Positions 37,256-48,408 are shown, counted from the first letter of the stretch. The stretch is 64,000 nt of DNA from Spirochaetia bacterium (GCA_963666985.2 CAXXIA010000001.1:1472048-1536047); one strand, 5' to 3'. Made by a program: numbers and translations. The notes: generated from the letters alone by a model not told the origin.

Positions 37256-39133
37256 TCACGCTCCCAGCCTGTTGATAATGGTATCGATCATTTCATCCAC
37301 GGTCGTTACGAAACGGGCCGCGGCGTTGTATCCGTGCTGGAATTTAATCATCTCGGCGAATTCCTCATCGAGATTCACTCCCGATATGGACTGACGAAGA
37401 TCTTCGAGTTCCTTCATCACCAAATCCTGGCTTTCACGGCTCTGTGCGGCGATTTCACCTTTCAGGCCGATATCGGCGGCGGCCAGGGCGAACCAGTCGT
37501 CGAAGGTTTCCGACCGGCCGGCCAGAACCGGACGGTGGCGGAGCATGGCGATATCGGAAGCGGCGCGGTTGTCGCCGGAAGGGGGCCTTCGGCCCGTGTC
37601 GCTTAAGCCGGAAGCCACTTTCGACGGATCGGCGACGAGCTCTTCATTCACCCGAAGCCACCCCGAAGGATGACTCAAAGGGGAAACCGAATAGGCCGCG
37701 CCGCCGGGGCTCAAGGCCAAAACGGCGTCGCTTTGCCGCCAATCATAGGCCGCCTCCGGTCCTGAGCCTTCCAGAAGGCCCGCGTATCCGGTCAAAAATT
37801 GGCCGGAATCCTCAACGTGGCGGATAACAAAATCGGGATTGTCCGTGCTCCCGGAGATACCGGCTCGAATTTCAAGACGCCCCTGCCGGTCCAATACGGC
37901 GGTGACTTCCGCCGGAGAGGAATTGATGCGGTCCAGAATGTTCTCAACGGTATCCATGGCCGTGTAGGGAACGTTCACCTCTCCATTGGGCCCGTCCAGG
38001 GTAATGGTTCCCGCGAAACCAACCGGAGAGGCCGGATCGAGCGAATGGATTCCGCTCAGACGGTACACGTAGGTTGAATCCAGTTCCCCATCCCCGCTGC
38101 GGTCGTAATTCCCCGAAAGGTTGTCCACGAAGGGATATTCCCGGAAAAAATCCACGCCCGTGCTGCCCGTGGCGGACCAGCCGTCTCTGTGGATGCCGTT
38201 CACCAAATCGGCGAAAGCCATGGTCATTTCATCCAGGGACTGAATTTCTCCCCGCACATCAGTGTCGCGAAGTTCCACAAGGGAGCCGAGCTTGCCGGAA
38301 GCGGGCCTGAGCAGCTCTCCGTTCGCGTCCCAGATAATATCGTGATAGCCCTCGTTTGAGGGATTCGGATCAACATCCAGATAGGAAACCTGTTTGCCCT
38401 GTATCAAATGCAATCCCCGCGTATGGATGAGGAATTCATCCGGATCGCGGTTGTCCACCGTAACCGGCAAGTATTCGGACAATTTGTTCACCAGAAGATC
38501 CCGCCGGTCGTACATATCGTTGGGGTTGTCGCCGAGCGCTTCGGACTTAACGATTTCTTCGTTGAGATTCTTGATTTCGGCGAGCATGCCGTTCACCTCG
38601 CCGACCGAAACCACAATATCGTCGTCGAGCATGTTGCGGACCTGCTTGAGCCGGTTGTATCGCTGATTAACGCCGTCGATAAGGGCCTCGCCGCGGCGCA
38701 GAACGGCCTGCCTTTCGGCCTGACCGTCCGGATGCACCGAAAGCTCCTGCCAGCCCTGCCAGAATTGATCCATCAGCGCCCGCACCGACGTGTCGTAGGG
38801 CTCCTGATGAATCTGCTCCACCTGAAGGATGTAGGAATCCCGGGTTTCCCAGTAACCGGCCAAGTCTCCCTGGGCCAGAATTCGGTTTTCAAGGAGCTCA
38901 TCGCGGATGCGCTCAATACTGGCCACTTCCACGCCCTGCCCTATCTGACCGGGAACTTCTTCCCTGTTCAGCTGCGGCCGGTAAAGCGGATCCACCGCCC
39001 GCATTTTCACCCGCTGGCGGCTGTAGCCTTCCACCGAGGCGTTGGAAAGGTTGTGCCCGACGGTGCTCAAAGCCTGCTGATGTGTGTTGAGACTTCGTTT
39101 TCCTATCTCAATTCCGCTGAAGGTGCTGCCCAT
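37256..39133 (-). CDS. flgK: Flagellar hook-associated protein 1
   Basis: GHNLSNASVEGYSRQRV, RQSISGVNLDEE, FQHGYNAAARF. Confidence 0.95.
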   Translation of the reverse strand: MGSTFSGIEIGKRSLNTHQQALSTVGHNLSNASVEGYSRQRVKMRAVDPLYRPQLNREEVPGQIGQGVEVASIERIRDELLENRILAQGDLAGYWETRDSYILQVEQIHQEPYDTSVRALMDQFWQGWQELSVHPDGQAERQAVLRRGEALIDGVNQRYNRLKQVRNMLDDDIVVSVGEVNGMLAEIKNLNEEIVKSEALGDNPNDMYDRRDLLVNKLSEYLPVTVDNRDPDEFLIHTRGLHLIQGKQVSYLDVDPNPSNEGYHDIIWDANGELLRPASGKLGSLVELRDTDVRGEIQSLDEMTMAFADLVNGIHRDGWSATGSTGVDFFREYPFVDNLSGNYDRSGDGELDSTYVYRLSGIHSLDPASPVGFAGTITLDGPNGEVNVPYTAMDTVENILDRINSSPAEVTAVLDRQGRLEIRAGISGSTDNPDFVIRHVEDSGQFLTGYAGLLEGSGPEAAYDWRQSDAVLALSPGGAAYSVSPLSHPSGWLRVNEELVADPSKVASGLSDTGRRPPSGDNRAASDIAMLRHRPVLAGRSETFDDWFALAAADIGLKGEIAAQSRESQDLVMKELEDLRQSISGVNLDEEFAEMIKFQHGYNAAARFVTTVDEMIDTIINRLGA

Positions 39134-39145
39134 GGTCCACCCCTT

Positions 39146-39631
39146 CTATAAATGACGGGACACGACGAGCGGGTCCCTGCCCGCGGAGGCGGTGCGCCCC
39201 CGATTGTCATAAATCCGTCCTCTGGTGGACGGAATCAATTCTTCCAGGATTTCTTTGCCGAGCCTCGCTTGGGATTCGGCATATCCGGCAATACCGCTGG
39301 TGCGGCTTCGAATCGTGGTTAAGCGAGTCTTAATTTCATTCCTGACCGACCGGAAATGTCCGCGCGTTTCCGGAGGAAGGGCGATGAGCTTTTTTTCAAA
39401 GGATTCACGGGTTTCACAGACCCGCTGGGAGAAGGCTTCCCTCTTCTTTTCAACAACCTCGATTTTATCCGCGAGGCTGTCCAGATGCTTCAGGGATTCT
39501 TCCAAATTCGTCCACTGTTTTTCATGGAGAGAAGAGCGCAGACTCCCCATGCTCCGGGCAAATTCATCCAGAAGATCTCTTTCCTGCTCCATAATCCCAA
39601 TCAGGCGTTCCCAACGATGACGTTCGCTCAT
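39146..39631 (-). CDS. flgN: Flagellar export chaperone FlgN-like
   Basis: Helical ~160 aa directly upstream of flgK; C-terminal IYDNRGR; start after AAGGAG. Confidence 0.7.
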   Translation of the reverse strand: MSERHRWERLIGIMEQERDLLDEFARSMGSLRSSLHEKQWTNLEESLKHLDSLADKIEVVEKKREAFSQRVCETRESFEKKLIALPPETRGHFRSVRNEIKTRLTTIRSRTSGIAGYAESQARLGKEILEELIPSTRGRIYDNRGRTASAGRDPLVVSRHL

Positions 39632-39862
39632 TCCCGCTCCTTCGTTCCTAAAGGCGATAGTCCGCCTCAATTCTTTTTCGACCGAAACAGGGCGCCGGCT
39701 TAGAAAAATCGTCCGACCGAAGATCTCTCCGAATCATTGCGTGATTCGGCCGTTTAGATCCGCTTTCATGCACTTCACTCCGGCCGAAGAAAAGCTGGAC
39801 TTGGGATTCCGGGAATAAAAGGAAAAAACGTGCGGCGAGGAATGCCGTGCTATAGTATCAAC

Positions 39863-40654
39863 ATGAAGAAAAGCAAACCTTTATATATGGTTCTGTTTCT
39901 CCTCTTGATTCCCCGCTCCCTGATTTCGGCAGGCCAATTTTCCGTGGAATACCTGGAAGGAACGTTGGAATGCAATACCGGCGGCAAATGGTCCGAAATG
40001 GAATTGGGCGATATGATTCCGGATTCCTCCACCATACGTCTTTCTCAAAACGGGTATGTGGAGCTGGCTTGGAACGGAAATACGCTAACCCTGCTCCGCG
40101 ACGGAATATATGAAATAAACCGATTGGCCGACCAAGTAACCGACAGCCGGCAATTCCGAAGTATTCTCAGCAAAAAAATCTCTTCTTTACTTAAAGGAGA
40201 ACAGATGGATTCTTTTGCCGCCGGAGGAGTTCGCGGAGACGACATTGAGAAACCCAGCCCTGAAAATACGGTTATGTATTTTGAAGGAACGGATTACCTG
40301 GACGAAGGACTTCGATTATATGAAGAAGGAAAAATAGAATCGGCACTCGCTTTATTCGAGCGGGGAACGCTCTCCGAGGTTGGTGCCGTACGGCGGGAAT
40401 GCCGATTCCGATACGGAGTCTGCGCCCAGCGATTGGGGCGGCTGCGGGAATCACGATTAATCCTGACTGCGATGGAGAGCGATCCGACCGACGGATTTTT
40501 TGAAGAATATGCGGTGGTTGTTTCCGTTCTTTATATTGAAAGCATGGAATATGAGAAAGCCGGCGATCTTCTGGACGAATGCTTAAGGGTGTATCCGGAA
40601 GGGAAATTCCGGGAGGATGTTCTTTATCTCCGCGATTTGATGAAAAATCGGTAA
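39863..40654 (+). CDS. Exported protein, FecR-like N-domain plus TPR
   Basis: Signal peptide; VEYLEG..W..MELGD..; AAGGVRG; C-terminal TPR-like helices. Confidence 0.55.
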   Translation: MKKSKPLYMVLFLLLIPRSLISAGQFSVEYLEGTLECNTGGKWSEMELGDMIPDSSTIRLSQNGYVELAWNGNTLTLLRDGIYEINRLADQVTDSRQFRSILSKKISSLLKGEQMDSFAAGGVRGDDIEKPSPENTVMYFEGTDYLDEGLRLYEEGKIESALALFERGTLSEVGAVRRECRFRYGVCAQRLGRLRESRLILTAMESDPTDGFFEEYAVVVSVLYIESMEYEKAGDLLDECLRVYPEGKFREDVLYLRDLMKNR

Positions 40655-40791
40655 TCAATAATTCTTAAGCACATCGAAAAGCCGCGGCGTTACGGTGCTT
40701 TTGGCCGCGGACGAATGCCGATTCGGATCGATGCAGCTGAGCAGCATGCCGCCGCGGCACGGGCCGCGCACAGACCGGCACGCCCGCCGGG

Positions 40792-42261
40792 TCAGCCTCC
40801 GCCCTCACGGGATTCCAGCGTCCGCAAATCACGAATCAGGGTTGTGTCCTCGGGAAAAAGAGCAAGGGCCTCTTCGAGAACAGCCCCGGCTTCTTCAAAC
40901 CGGCTTTTTCGAAAAAAATCGGCAAATTGATTGTGGTAAACCACGGCGGCATTATGCCGGTAGGAGTCTTCAAGTTCACTCCAGCGGGAAATGGATGCCA
41001 TTCTCCGCGGCGCTTGGGTGAGCAATTTCCAGCCGTCGATCCATTTTTCTCCGGATGAAATGCGGCGAGCCTCGGTCGACCAAAGATAGAGCATTGTTTC
41101 TTCCCATCGGGAAGTTTCGATCAAACCTGATTCGAGGGCTTCGTCCGCCGCAATCAGCGCGCCCTCGAAATCACCGGATTTAACGATCATGTCCAGTTCG
41201 GCCCGATCGGCATCGTCCATCCGGGATTCGACGTATTCGGCGGGCACAAGAGCGGTGAGTTCATCATCATTCAGCATTGCCCGCGCCGATTCGATCCGGC
41301 CCGCCCTAAGAAGATTGGAAACACCGTTTCCCAATAAAGCCGTGGCGATATCCGCAAGACCATGATCGGCTCCCAGTTCCCCGGCGGCCGATCGAAGAAA
41401 TCTCAAACCCTCGTCATACTTATGCCGCCGATCCATATCGGCGGCATAATTGGATAAAGACGCCCGAAAGTCCTCTTTGGCCTCATCACTTCCGGAGAGC
41501 GCCCATCGGTCCCGGGCCAGACCGATTGTTTCGGCCCACTCTCCCCTTCTCTGCAGATCCGAAATACGGTTTTGATAAATGAGGGAAATCAGTTCCCTCT
41601 CACCGATATCGCGCCTCCGGCGATAGTTGCCCGGCGGAACATAGACAAATCCGGTTCTCCCGGAAAACGAATCCACGGCCTCCATCCGCGTTCCCGGATC
41701 AAATCCGAAGGGAGTTGTGGTTTCCACATCCACACCCTCCGTTCCTTTCGGAGAAATGCGGCAGAACGCATGGTCGCTTGTTAAAACGCCGTGTACGGGA
41801 AGGCCTCCGGCACGGGCAAGAAGAAGATAAAAAACGGCGGAAGAAACACAATTGTAGGTTCCTTGATCCACCAGGACATCCAGTCTTGTCTGATCAACGA
41901 CATACCGGCTCAGATGCTCCGCGTGCATCCATTCCAAAAGAAGTTCTCCGTCGTTCAGAACATGACCCGTCGAGGGCGGAGCGGAGGCGATTATGCCCTC
42001 GATTGCCGCAGTTCTCTCTTCAATCTCGGAACGTGGCGTTCCCGAGGCGATAAGTGCGGTTCTGATAAGTTCTTTCAGCGGCAGAGGATCCTCCAATGAG
42101 ACGATGCGGAGAAGAGCGGGATCGGGTTCGTATCGAATCTCTCCATAGAGAGAACCTGCGGTAAACAGGAAGCCGACAATCAGAGTAATAACAGCCGCGG
42201 CCGTCGTCGGTTTTGCGCGGCCGCTTAAATAATCCTCGTCATATACGATTTGATTCCTCAC
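40792..42261 (-). CDS. Exported/membrane transglutaminase-like (Cys-His-Asp) protein with helical C-terminus
   Basis: YNCVSSA...DHAF...DVETT; N-terminal hydrophobic segment; start uncertain (GTG 42261 chosen; the longer ORF overlaps trxB). Confidence 0.6.
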   Translation of the reverse strand: MRNQIVYDEDYLSGRAKPTTAAAVITLIVGFLFTAGSLYGEIRYEPDPALLRIVSLEDPLPLKELIRTALIASGTPRSEIEERTAAIEGIIASAPPSTGHVLNDGELLLEWMHAEHLSRYVVDQTRLDVLVDQGTYNCVSSAVFYLLLARAGGLPVHGVLTSDHAFCRISPKGTEGVDVETTTPFGFDPGTRMEAVDSFSGRTGFVYVPPGNYRRRRDIGERELISLIYQNRISDLQRRGEWAETIGLARDRWALSGSDEAKEDFRASLSNYAADMDRRHKYDEGLRFLRSAAGELGADHGLADIATALLGNGVSNLLRAGRIESARAMLNDDELTALVPAEYVESRMDDADRAELDMIVKSGDFEGALIAADEALESGLIETSRWEETMLYLWSTEARRISSGEKWIDGWKLLTQAPRRMASISRWSELEDSYRHNAAVVYHNQFADFFRKSRFEEAGAVLEEALALFPEDTTLIRDLRTLESREGGG

Positions 42262-42447
42262 GTATATAATATTACCTTCTGCGGAAGCCGGGGGAAGAGG
42301 GCGACGAGAAGAATTCCAATACATTTTTCCGTTCGACCGAACCTCGGATACCAACAATGTACTTGAAAAAGGCTTGTTCAAATGTGCGTGAGGATTGGAT
42401 TTCAGGACAGTCGGCCGCATGTTTTGAAGAACCTTAGGAGAAGGATT

Positions 42448-43398
42448 ATGACTCCTGATTACGATCTCATCGTCATCGGCGCCGGCCCGGGCGGAATGAC
42501 CGCGGCCCAGTACGGATCCAGGGCCAATTTGAAGACCCTCCTCATCGAGGAGATGGCCCCCGGCGGCGCCGTACTGCTCATCAGCGATATGGAAAATTAT
42601 CCCGGTTTTCCCGAACCGATCAACGGCTTTGAATTCAGCGATAAAATGCGCCGGCAAACGGAAGACTTCGGCGCGGAATTCAAAACGGCAACGGCAAACA
42701 CCCTGAAGAAAGACGGCGAGATTTTCACCGTGGAAACTTCAGACGGTATGTTTACGGCCTGGAGTGTTGTTCTTTCCACCGGAGCCAAGCATAAGCATCT
42801 GGGCGCCCCCGGAGAAGAAGAATTCTCAGGCCGGGGCGTTTCCTACTGCGCCACCTGCGACGGCCCCTTTTTCAAACAGAAGAAAATGCTCGTGGTCGGC
42901 GGCGGAGACGCGGCCTGCGACGAGGCCTCCTATCTTGCGAACCTGACCGACAAAGTCGTCCTCGTCCACCGGCGGGACCGGTTCCGTGCGCAAAAAACTC
43001 TGGCGGACCGCGTACGGAAAAATCCCAACATCGATGTCAGGTTCAATCATGTCGTGGAATCCATCCGGGGTGAAAACAAAGTCAACAAAGTCGTTCTGAA
43101 ACGAACCGATACCGGCGAAACCTACGAAGAAGACATGGATGCCGTCTTCATCTTTATCGGTTCCGAGCCTCAGACGCAGCTCGTAGAAAACCTTGAGAAG
43201 GATGAAGCCGGCTATGTGGTTACCGACCAGAACATGGAAAGCTCCGTTAAAGGACTCTTTGTTGTCGGAGATGTCCGTTCAACGCCGTTCCGCCAGGTTG
43301 TGGTGGCCTGCGGGGAAGGAGCGGTTGCCGCGCACAGGGCCGCGATGCACATCGACGACGTTAAAGGCGAGGCATACGCCGGATTGAGCGGGTCTTGA
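42448..43398 (+). CDS. trxB: Thioredoxin-disulfide reductase
   Basis: IGAGPGG, ENYPGF, GVSYCATCDG, VGGGDAA, VGDVR. Confidence 0.95.
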   Translation: MTPDYDLIVIGAGPGGMTAAQYGSRANLKTLLIEEMAPGGAVLLISDMENYPGFPEPINGFEFSDKMRRQTEDFGAEFKTATANTLKKDGEIFTVETSDGMFTAWSVVLSTGAKHKHLGAPGEEEFSGRGVSYCATCDGPFFKQKKMLVVGGGDAACDEASYLANLTDKVVLVHRRDRFRAQKTLADRVRKNPNIDVRFNHVVESIRGENKVNKVVLKRTDTGETYEEDMDAVFIFIGSEPQTQLVENLEKDEAGYVVTDQNMESSVKGLFVVGDVRSTPFRQVVVACGEGAVAAHRAAMHIDDVKGEAYAGLSGS

Positions 43399-45083
43399 TC
43401 AACAGGCGCATCCCGGTTCCGCTGTTCTTTCTGATCGTTTCGGTAATAACGCCCCGGACGGCGATCGGTAAAGAACTTCCTCAGTTTTCCGACGATAAAC
43501 CGTCTTTGGAACTGGCATCGGAAATTGTCTCTGCCATGACCGACGATGAGGCCTTGGGGCAAATCCTTATGTTCGGCTACTTCGGCGAAGAAGCCGACAA
43601 GGGCATCCTCGAATGGATTACCGAGTGGGATTTGGGCGGCGTCAAAATTTTCGGATGGAATGCGAACAACCTGAAAACACTGGCTCAAACCGTCGGAGAG
43701 TATCAGCGGGAAGCTCTCTCATCACGATTTGGAATTCCCATCCTCGTCGCAACCGATCAGGAAGGCGGCTGGGTTCGCCATATCAAAGGTTCCAGTTCCG
43801 AAACGGCCGGCAACATGGCGCTGGGAGCCGGACGGCTGCCTTTTGACGCCTTGATGACCGGACGGCTTTTGGGACAGGAACTGGCGGCCGTCGGAGTCAA
43901 TATGAATTTCGCCCCCACCATCGATATCTTCGTCGATCCCAGAGCCGACGTTATCGGGCCGCGGGCCTTCGGAGCCGATCCGGAATGGACGGGGATTCTG
44001 GGACTGGCGTTCATGAAGGGTCACGGAGAGGCGGGCGTTATCGCCACGGCCAAGCATTTTCCGGGCCATGGGGGAACCTCGGAGGATTCCCACGGCACCC
44101 TTCCGGTGGTTCAAGCCGATTTGGAAACCATCAGGGGCCGTGATTTGGTGCCGTATCGAATGATGATCGCCGAAGGCCTTCCCGCGATCATGGTCGGTCA
44201 TTTGGCCTTCCCCGCCATTACGCATGATGAAACGCCGGCCACCCTTTCGAAAACGATTCTTACCGACCTGCTCCGGGGGGAACTCGGATTTAAAGGGGTA
44301 ACCATCACCGACGATCTCTTCATGACCGGGGCCCGCACGGACGGAGCCCCCCTTCCCGATGTGTGCTACCGCGCCGTGATGGCCGGGGCGGATATTCTGC
44401 TGGTATCCCAAGGCCCCGACGATCACCGGGCGATTCATCGGCATCTTTTGGAGAGAATGAAATCCGATTCCGCCTTCACCGAACGGGTCCGGGAATCCGC
44501 CGAGCGGGTTATCGCGATGAAGGCCGAATGGCTCAAGCGCCCGGATGCGGTGCCCTTCACACCCAGAACCGATGATATCGCCGTTCCGGCTCCTCATTCC
44601 GATGAGTTTTTTCTGGGACAGGCCGCCCGTGCCGTAACCCTGGTGTCCGGTGAAAATTTTCCCGTTCCTCCCGAAAAGGCCGGCGATGTCCTTTTGGCCG
44701 GAAGCTACAATGATTTCTTCAGGGAAGGGCTTAAGCGCTACCCTGAGGCCCGAACCTGGAAAACCATATATGAACCGACCAAAGCGGAGCTTCGAAGACG
44801 CGGGAAGGAACTCTTAAGGGCGGCGCGGGATTATGATACGGTGATCGTTCTGCTTCCCGATGAGGAGATTTCCATCCTTCTGAACGAATTGGAACCCATC
44901 TCGGAAAAAGTGGTGGTGATATCCGTTCTCTCACCGGCTCATTTGAACGATTTAAACTGGGTTCGGACCGCACTGGCGGTTTATGGAACAGGAGCTGACA
45001 GTTTCAGGGCCGCCTTCGCCGCATTGGCCGGAGATTTTTCGCCGGAAGGGATTCTTCCCATTCCCTTGGGGAATCGGCAATGA
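43395..45083 (+). CDS. nagZ: GH3 beta-N-acetylhexosaminidase (NagZ-like), exported
   Basis: DQEGG, KHFPGHGGTSEDSH (KHFPGHG-x4-DSH), ITDDL. Confidence 0.8.
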   Translation: MINRRIPVPLFFLIVSVITPRTAIGKELPQFSDDKPSLELASEIVSAMTDDEALGQILMFGYFGEEADKGILEWITEWDLGGVKIFGWNANNLKTLAQTVGEYQREALSSRFGIPILVATDQEGGWVRHIKGSSSETAGNMALGAGRLPFDALMTGRLLGQELAAVGVNMNFAPTIDIFVDPRADVIGPRAFGADPEWTGILGLAFMKGHGEAGVIATAKHFPGHGGTSEDSHGTLPVVQADLETIRGRDLVPYRMMIAEGLPAIMVGHLAFPAITHDETPATLSKTILTDLLRGELGFKGVTITDDLFMTGARTDGAPLPDVCYRAVMAGADILLVSQGPDDHRAIHRHLLERMKSDSAFTERVRESAERVIAMKAEWLKRPDAVPFTPRTDDIAVPAPHSDEFFLGQAARAVTLVSGENFPVPPEKAGDVLLAGSYNDFFREGLKRYPEARTWKTIYEPTKAELRRRGKELLRAARDYDTVIVLLPDEEISILLNELEPISEKVVVISVLSPAHLNDLNWVRTALAVYGTGADSFRAAFAALAGDFSPEGILPIPLGNRQ

Positions 45084-45928
45084 CCTGGAAACCGGCCGGA
45101 CGCGAGTCCGGGGCCCGTCTGATCGCCTGGCTCAAAACCGACGAATGGAAGCATACCTCGTTATGCGCGAGGATCAAGGACTCCGGAGGCAATCCGATTC
45201 TCGGCCGCATAGCCGACGGCCGGCTTTGGATTCGCAAAGCGGGGCATGAGATAATGGGCGCGCTTTTCATATCCCGATACGGCGCGGTTCTTCCCGCCTA
45301 CGACGCTGCCGGATGTGACGATGAGGAAGAAGCCTTTCTGACGAAGCTCATTTCATCGCAGAGAGAAAAGCTGTTCTCGATTATCGGCATGGAGAACCGC
45401 GTCCGCGATGTCGAATCCCGTCTTACGGATTCCCCCCGAGACAGCCAGTCGTACAGGATGCTCACGCTGGAACAATCACCTCCGGCCGCCGAAATCGGAG
45501 CGGGAATTATGATAAAAAAAGCCGAAGAATCGGACTTCGCCGCCCTGTGGCCGCTGGAGAAGAATTATCAAATCGAGGAAGTTCTGAGAAAGGGCGGCGG
45601 GCTTGACGAGCGTTTTGCCAAGCGGCGCTTCATGGATACATTAAAAGATCATGTGGTCTACGGCCTCTGGAAAAACGGAAAAGCCGTCGCGAAGGCGCAA
45701 ACCAACGCCCGCGGATGGACTTTCGAACAAATCGGCGGCGTGTATGTGGATAGGGAACATCGGAAAAAAGGCTGCGGCCGCGCCGTCGTTGGAGCCCTGA
45801 TCCGCGATATCCGCAAGAGGAACGCGGGGGCCTGCCTTTTTGTGAAAATCGACAATATTCCGGCGCTCCGCCTTTATGAAAATTTAGGCTTTGATGATAA
45901 AGGATCTTTCCGAATAGCGTATTATTAA
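45080..45928 (+). CDS. GNAT-family acetyltransferase
   Basis: QIGGVYVDREHRKKGCG, NIPALRLYENLGF. Confidence 0.85.
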   Translation: MTWKPAGRESGARLIAWLKTDEWKHTSLCARIKDSGGNPILGRIADGRLWIRKAGHEIMGALFISRYGAVLPAYDAAGCDDEEEAFLTKLISSQREKLFSIIGMENRVRDVESRLTDSPRDSQSYRMLTLEQSPPAAEIGAGIMIKKAEESDFAALWPLEKNYQIEEVLRKGGGLDERFAKRRFMDTLKDHVVYGLWKNGKAVAKAQTNARGWTFEQIGGVYVDREHRKKGCGRAVVGALIRDIRKRNAGACLFVKIDNIPALRLYENLGFDDKGSFRIAYY

Positions 45929-45969
45929 CCAAGGCTCTTTCAACAGACTGCGAAGCCAGGAGGCAACCC

Positions 45970-47439
45970 GTGAAAATACTCATGCTCACCAGTGAATCCG
46001 TTCCCTTCGCGAAAACCGGGGGACTTGCCGATGCCGTACCCGCCCTCGCCTCGGCATTGGCCGGCCGCGGCCATGATGTTCGGATTCTCATGCCCCGCTA
46101 CTATGGAATAGACAGAAGTCACCTGGAGACACTGCCGTCGCCTCTGGGGATTCCCATGGGAAGAGACGAATACTGGTGCGCCGTGAATACCGCGACACTC
46201 CCCAAGAGTGCGGTAAAAGTCTATTTTCTCGACCGGGAAGATCTCTTCGGCCGAGACGGACTCTACGGACCCGACGGCACGCATTCCTGGCCCGACAATG
46301 CCCTTCGGTTCGCGTTTTTTTCATCGGCGGCTTTTCAGCTCGCCCGCTATCTCGATTGGCGTCCGGATATCATTCACGCCCATGATTGGCAGGCGGCCCC
46401 GGCGGCCTGGATGCTTTCGGCAAAAGAGCGTTCGGCGGATTTCGCGCAAACGGCCTCCGTACTGACCATCCACAATCTGGGTTATCAGGGGGTGTTCCCG
46501 GCGATGGATATCGCCGTATTTTCTCCGGATTACTTTTCAAGGACCGATGGGATTGTGAAAGACTCCCATCTGAACTTCCTGGCGGCGGGAATCGCCCATG
46601 CCGACCAAATCACCACCGTTTCACCAACCTATGCCCGGGAAATTCTTGAACCTGAATTTTCCGAAGGACTGGGTGATCTCCTCAAATCCCGAGCGGATTG
46701 CATTACCGGAATCCTCAACGGCATGGATTATGAGGAATGGAATCCCTCCGGCGATGCGGCCTTGACTCCGAATAACTACGATGTCGGGAAAATCGCCGGG
46801 AAAGAGCGGCTGAAGGCCCGTCTTCAGAAAGAAATGGGGCTCCCCGTGAACCCCGACATTCCCCTTTTCGGTATGATAACCCGGCTCACCGGGCAAAAAG
46901 GCGTCGATTTGATAACCAATCCCGCTCATCCTGTTTCGGGACCGGTTGCGGAAATACTGAAATCGGGACGAGCCCAGCTCGCCGTTCTGGGAACCGGCGA
47001 ATCACGCTATGAAAAGGCCCTGCGGCGCCTTGTTGATGAGGTCCCGAACGCCGCCGCGCGGATTGCCTTCAGCGGCCCCATCTCCCGGATGATAGAGGCC
47101 GGCTCCGATTTTTTTCTGATGCCGAGCCGCTACGAGCCCTGCGGACTGAATCAGATGTATTCGCTCCGATACGGAACCCCGCCGGTTGTCCGTAAAACAG
47201 GCGGACTCGCGGATACCGTTACGGATCTTACCGCCGATCCGAAAAAAGGCAACGGTTTTGTATTCGAACCGGCCGCTCCCGAGGCGCTGGCCGACGCGAT
47301 GGAACGGGCCCTGATGTTCTATAAAAATAAAAAAGCTTATGCGGCGGCAAGACGCCGGGGAATGAAACTCCGATTCGATTGGAACCGTTCGGCGGCCCTC
47401 TACGAATCGGTTTTCATCAAGGCCCTGGCCTCTTTATGA
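45970..47439 (+). CDS. glgA: Glycogen synthase
   Basis: KTGGLAD, HAHDWQ, TIHNLGYQG, RLTGQKG, MPSRYEPCGLNQ. Confidence 0.95.
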   Translation: MKILMLTSESVPFAKTGGLADAVPALASALAGRGHDVRILMPRYYGIDRSHLETLPSPLGIPMGRDEYWCAVNTATLPKSAVKVYFLDREDLFGRDGLYGPDGTHSWPDNALRFAFFSSAAFQLARYLDWRPDIIHAHDWQAAPAAWMLSAKERSADFAQTASVLTIHNLGYQGVFPAMDIAVFSPDYFSRTDGIVKDSHLNFLAAGIAHADQITTVSPTYAREILEPEFSEGLGDLLKSRADCITGILNGMDYEEWNPSGDAALTPNNYDVGKIAGKERLKARLQKEMGLPVNPDIPLFGMITRLTGQKGVDLITNPAHPVSGPVAEILKSGRAQLAVLGTGESRYEKALRRLVDEVPNAAARIAFSGPISRMIEAGSDFFLMPSRYEPCGLNQMYSLRYGTPPVVRKTGGLADTVTDLTADPKKGNGFVFEPAAPEALADAMERALMFYKNKKAYAAARRRGMKLRFDWNRSAALYESVFIKALASL

Positions 47440-47530
47440 ACGGATAAAAAACGTCCTCTTCGCATACGTGCCGATAAGCGGTTTCTTTTATTGTAGATGA
47501 GGATGCGTTCATAATATTAGAATCACTTTT

Positions 47531-48352
47531 ATGATTATCGACTTTCACACCCACATCGGACTCTCCATGCCGTGGGTGGAAACGGATGAATTCTGTACAA
47601 GCGGCGAAGAACTCATCGGCGTTATGGATCGGTTCGGAATCGACAGGGCTTTCTGCTGCGCCAATCCCGTTGTGGGAGAATACTATTCCATCGTGAACGA
47701 CTATATCGCGGGCATCATGAATCAATATCCGGAAAGGATTTCAGGATTCTGCAGAATAGATCCCAGATTAATCCTGGCGCCCTCGCCGGAACTCGGGAAT
47801 CCCGCTCTCTGGGCGGACATGATGAAAAATCCCGATAAAAAAATGATTGAGAACAGCTGGACGATGAGGGAACTGCATCGCTGTTTAAAAAATCTGGGGT
47901 TCAGCGGAATCAAACTCAATCCGGCTGTTGAACAATTCGCTCCGGAGAATCCTTTATTCGATCCCATTTACGACCTTGCGGTTCAACTGAATGTTCCGGT
48001 TCAAATCCATTGCGACAAACCGGGACATTTCACGGCCAATCCTCATCGGATTCTCAAATTGGCGCGGCGATTTCCCAAACTGCGGATTTGCGCCATTCAT
48101 ACGTATACGTTTGACGCGATAGAGATTTTGTCCCAAGCCGAAAATATCTCTCTTGAATTATCCGAGGTTGCCAAAGGAAGATTCATTAAAGAAGCGGTAA
48201 AGCACTTCGGAGAAGATAAAGTCATTTTCGGCTCCGATTATCCGTTCGGAGACCCCAACTGCATTCTCGCCTTGCTGAATGAAATGGATTTTCCCGAACG
48301 CATAAAAAATAAGATTCTGTATGAGAACGCCTTAAACTGCATCAGCGGATAA
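47531..48352 (+). CDS. Amidohydrolase_2-family metal-dependent hydrolase
   Basis: IIDFHTH, GIKL, VPVQIH, FGSDYPF. Confidence 0.82.
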   Translation: MIIDFHTHIGLSMPWVETDEFCTSGEELIGVMDRFGIDRAFCCANPVVGEYYSIVNDYIAGIMNQYPERISGFCRIDPRLILAPSPELGNPALWADMMKNPDKKMIENSWTMRELHRCLKNLGFSGIKLNPAVEQFAPENPLFDPIYDLAVQLNVPVQIHCDKPGHFTANPHRILKLARRFPKLRICAIHTYTFDAIEILSQAENISLELSEVAKGRFIKEAVKHFGEDKVIFGSDYPFGDPNCILALLNEMDFPERIKNKILYENALNCISG

Positions 48353-48408
48353 TATCGGACAGCGCGGCCGCGGTATCTTCAGTGGCGAAACCGGAGAGAC
48401 GCGTTTCT

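Noticed and set aside
47445..47477. Sigma28 promoter before the amidohydrolase (perfect GCCGATAA)
   Set aside because: Nearest TAAA is 21 nt away rather than 15-16; no flagellar context
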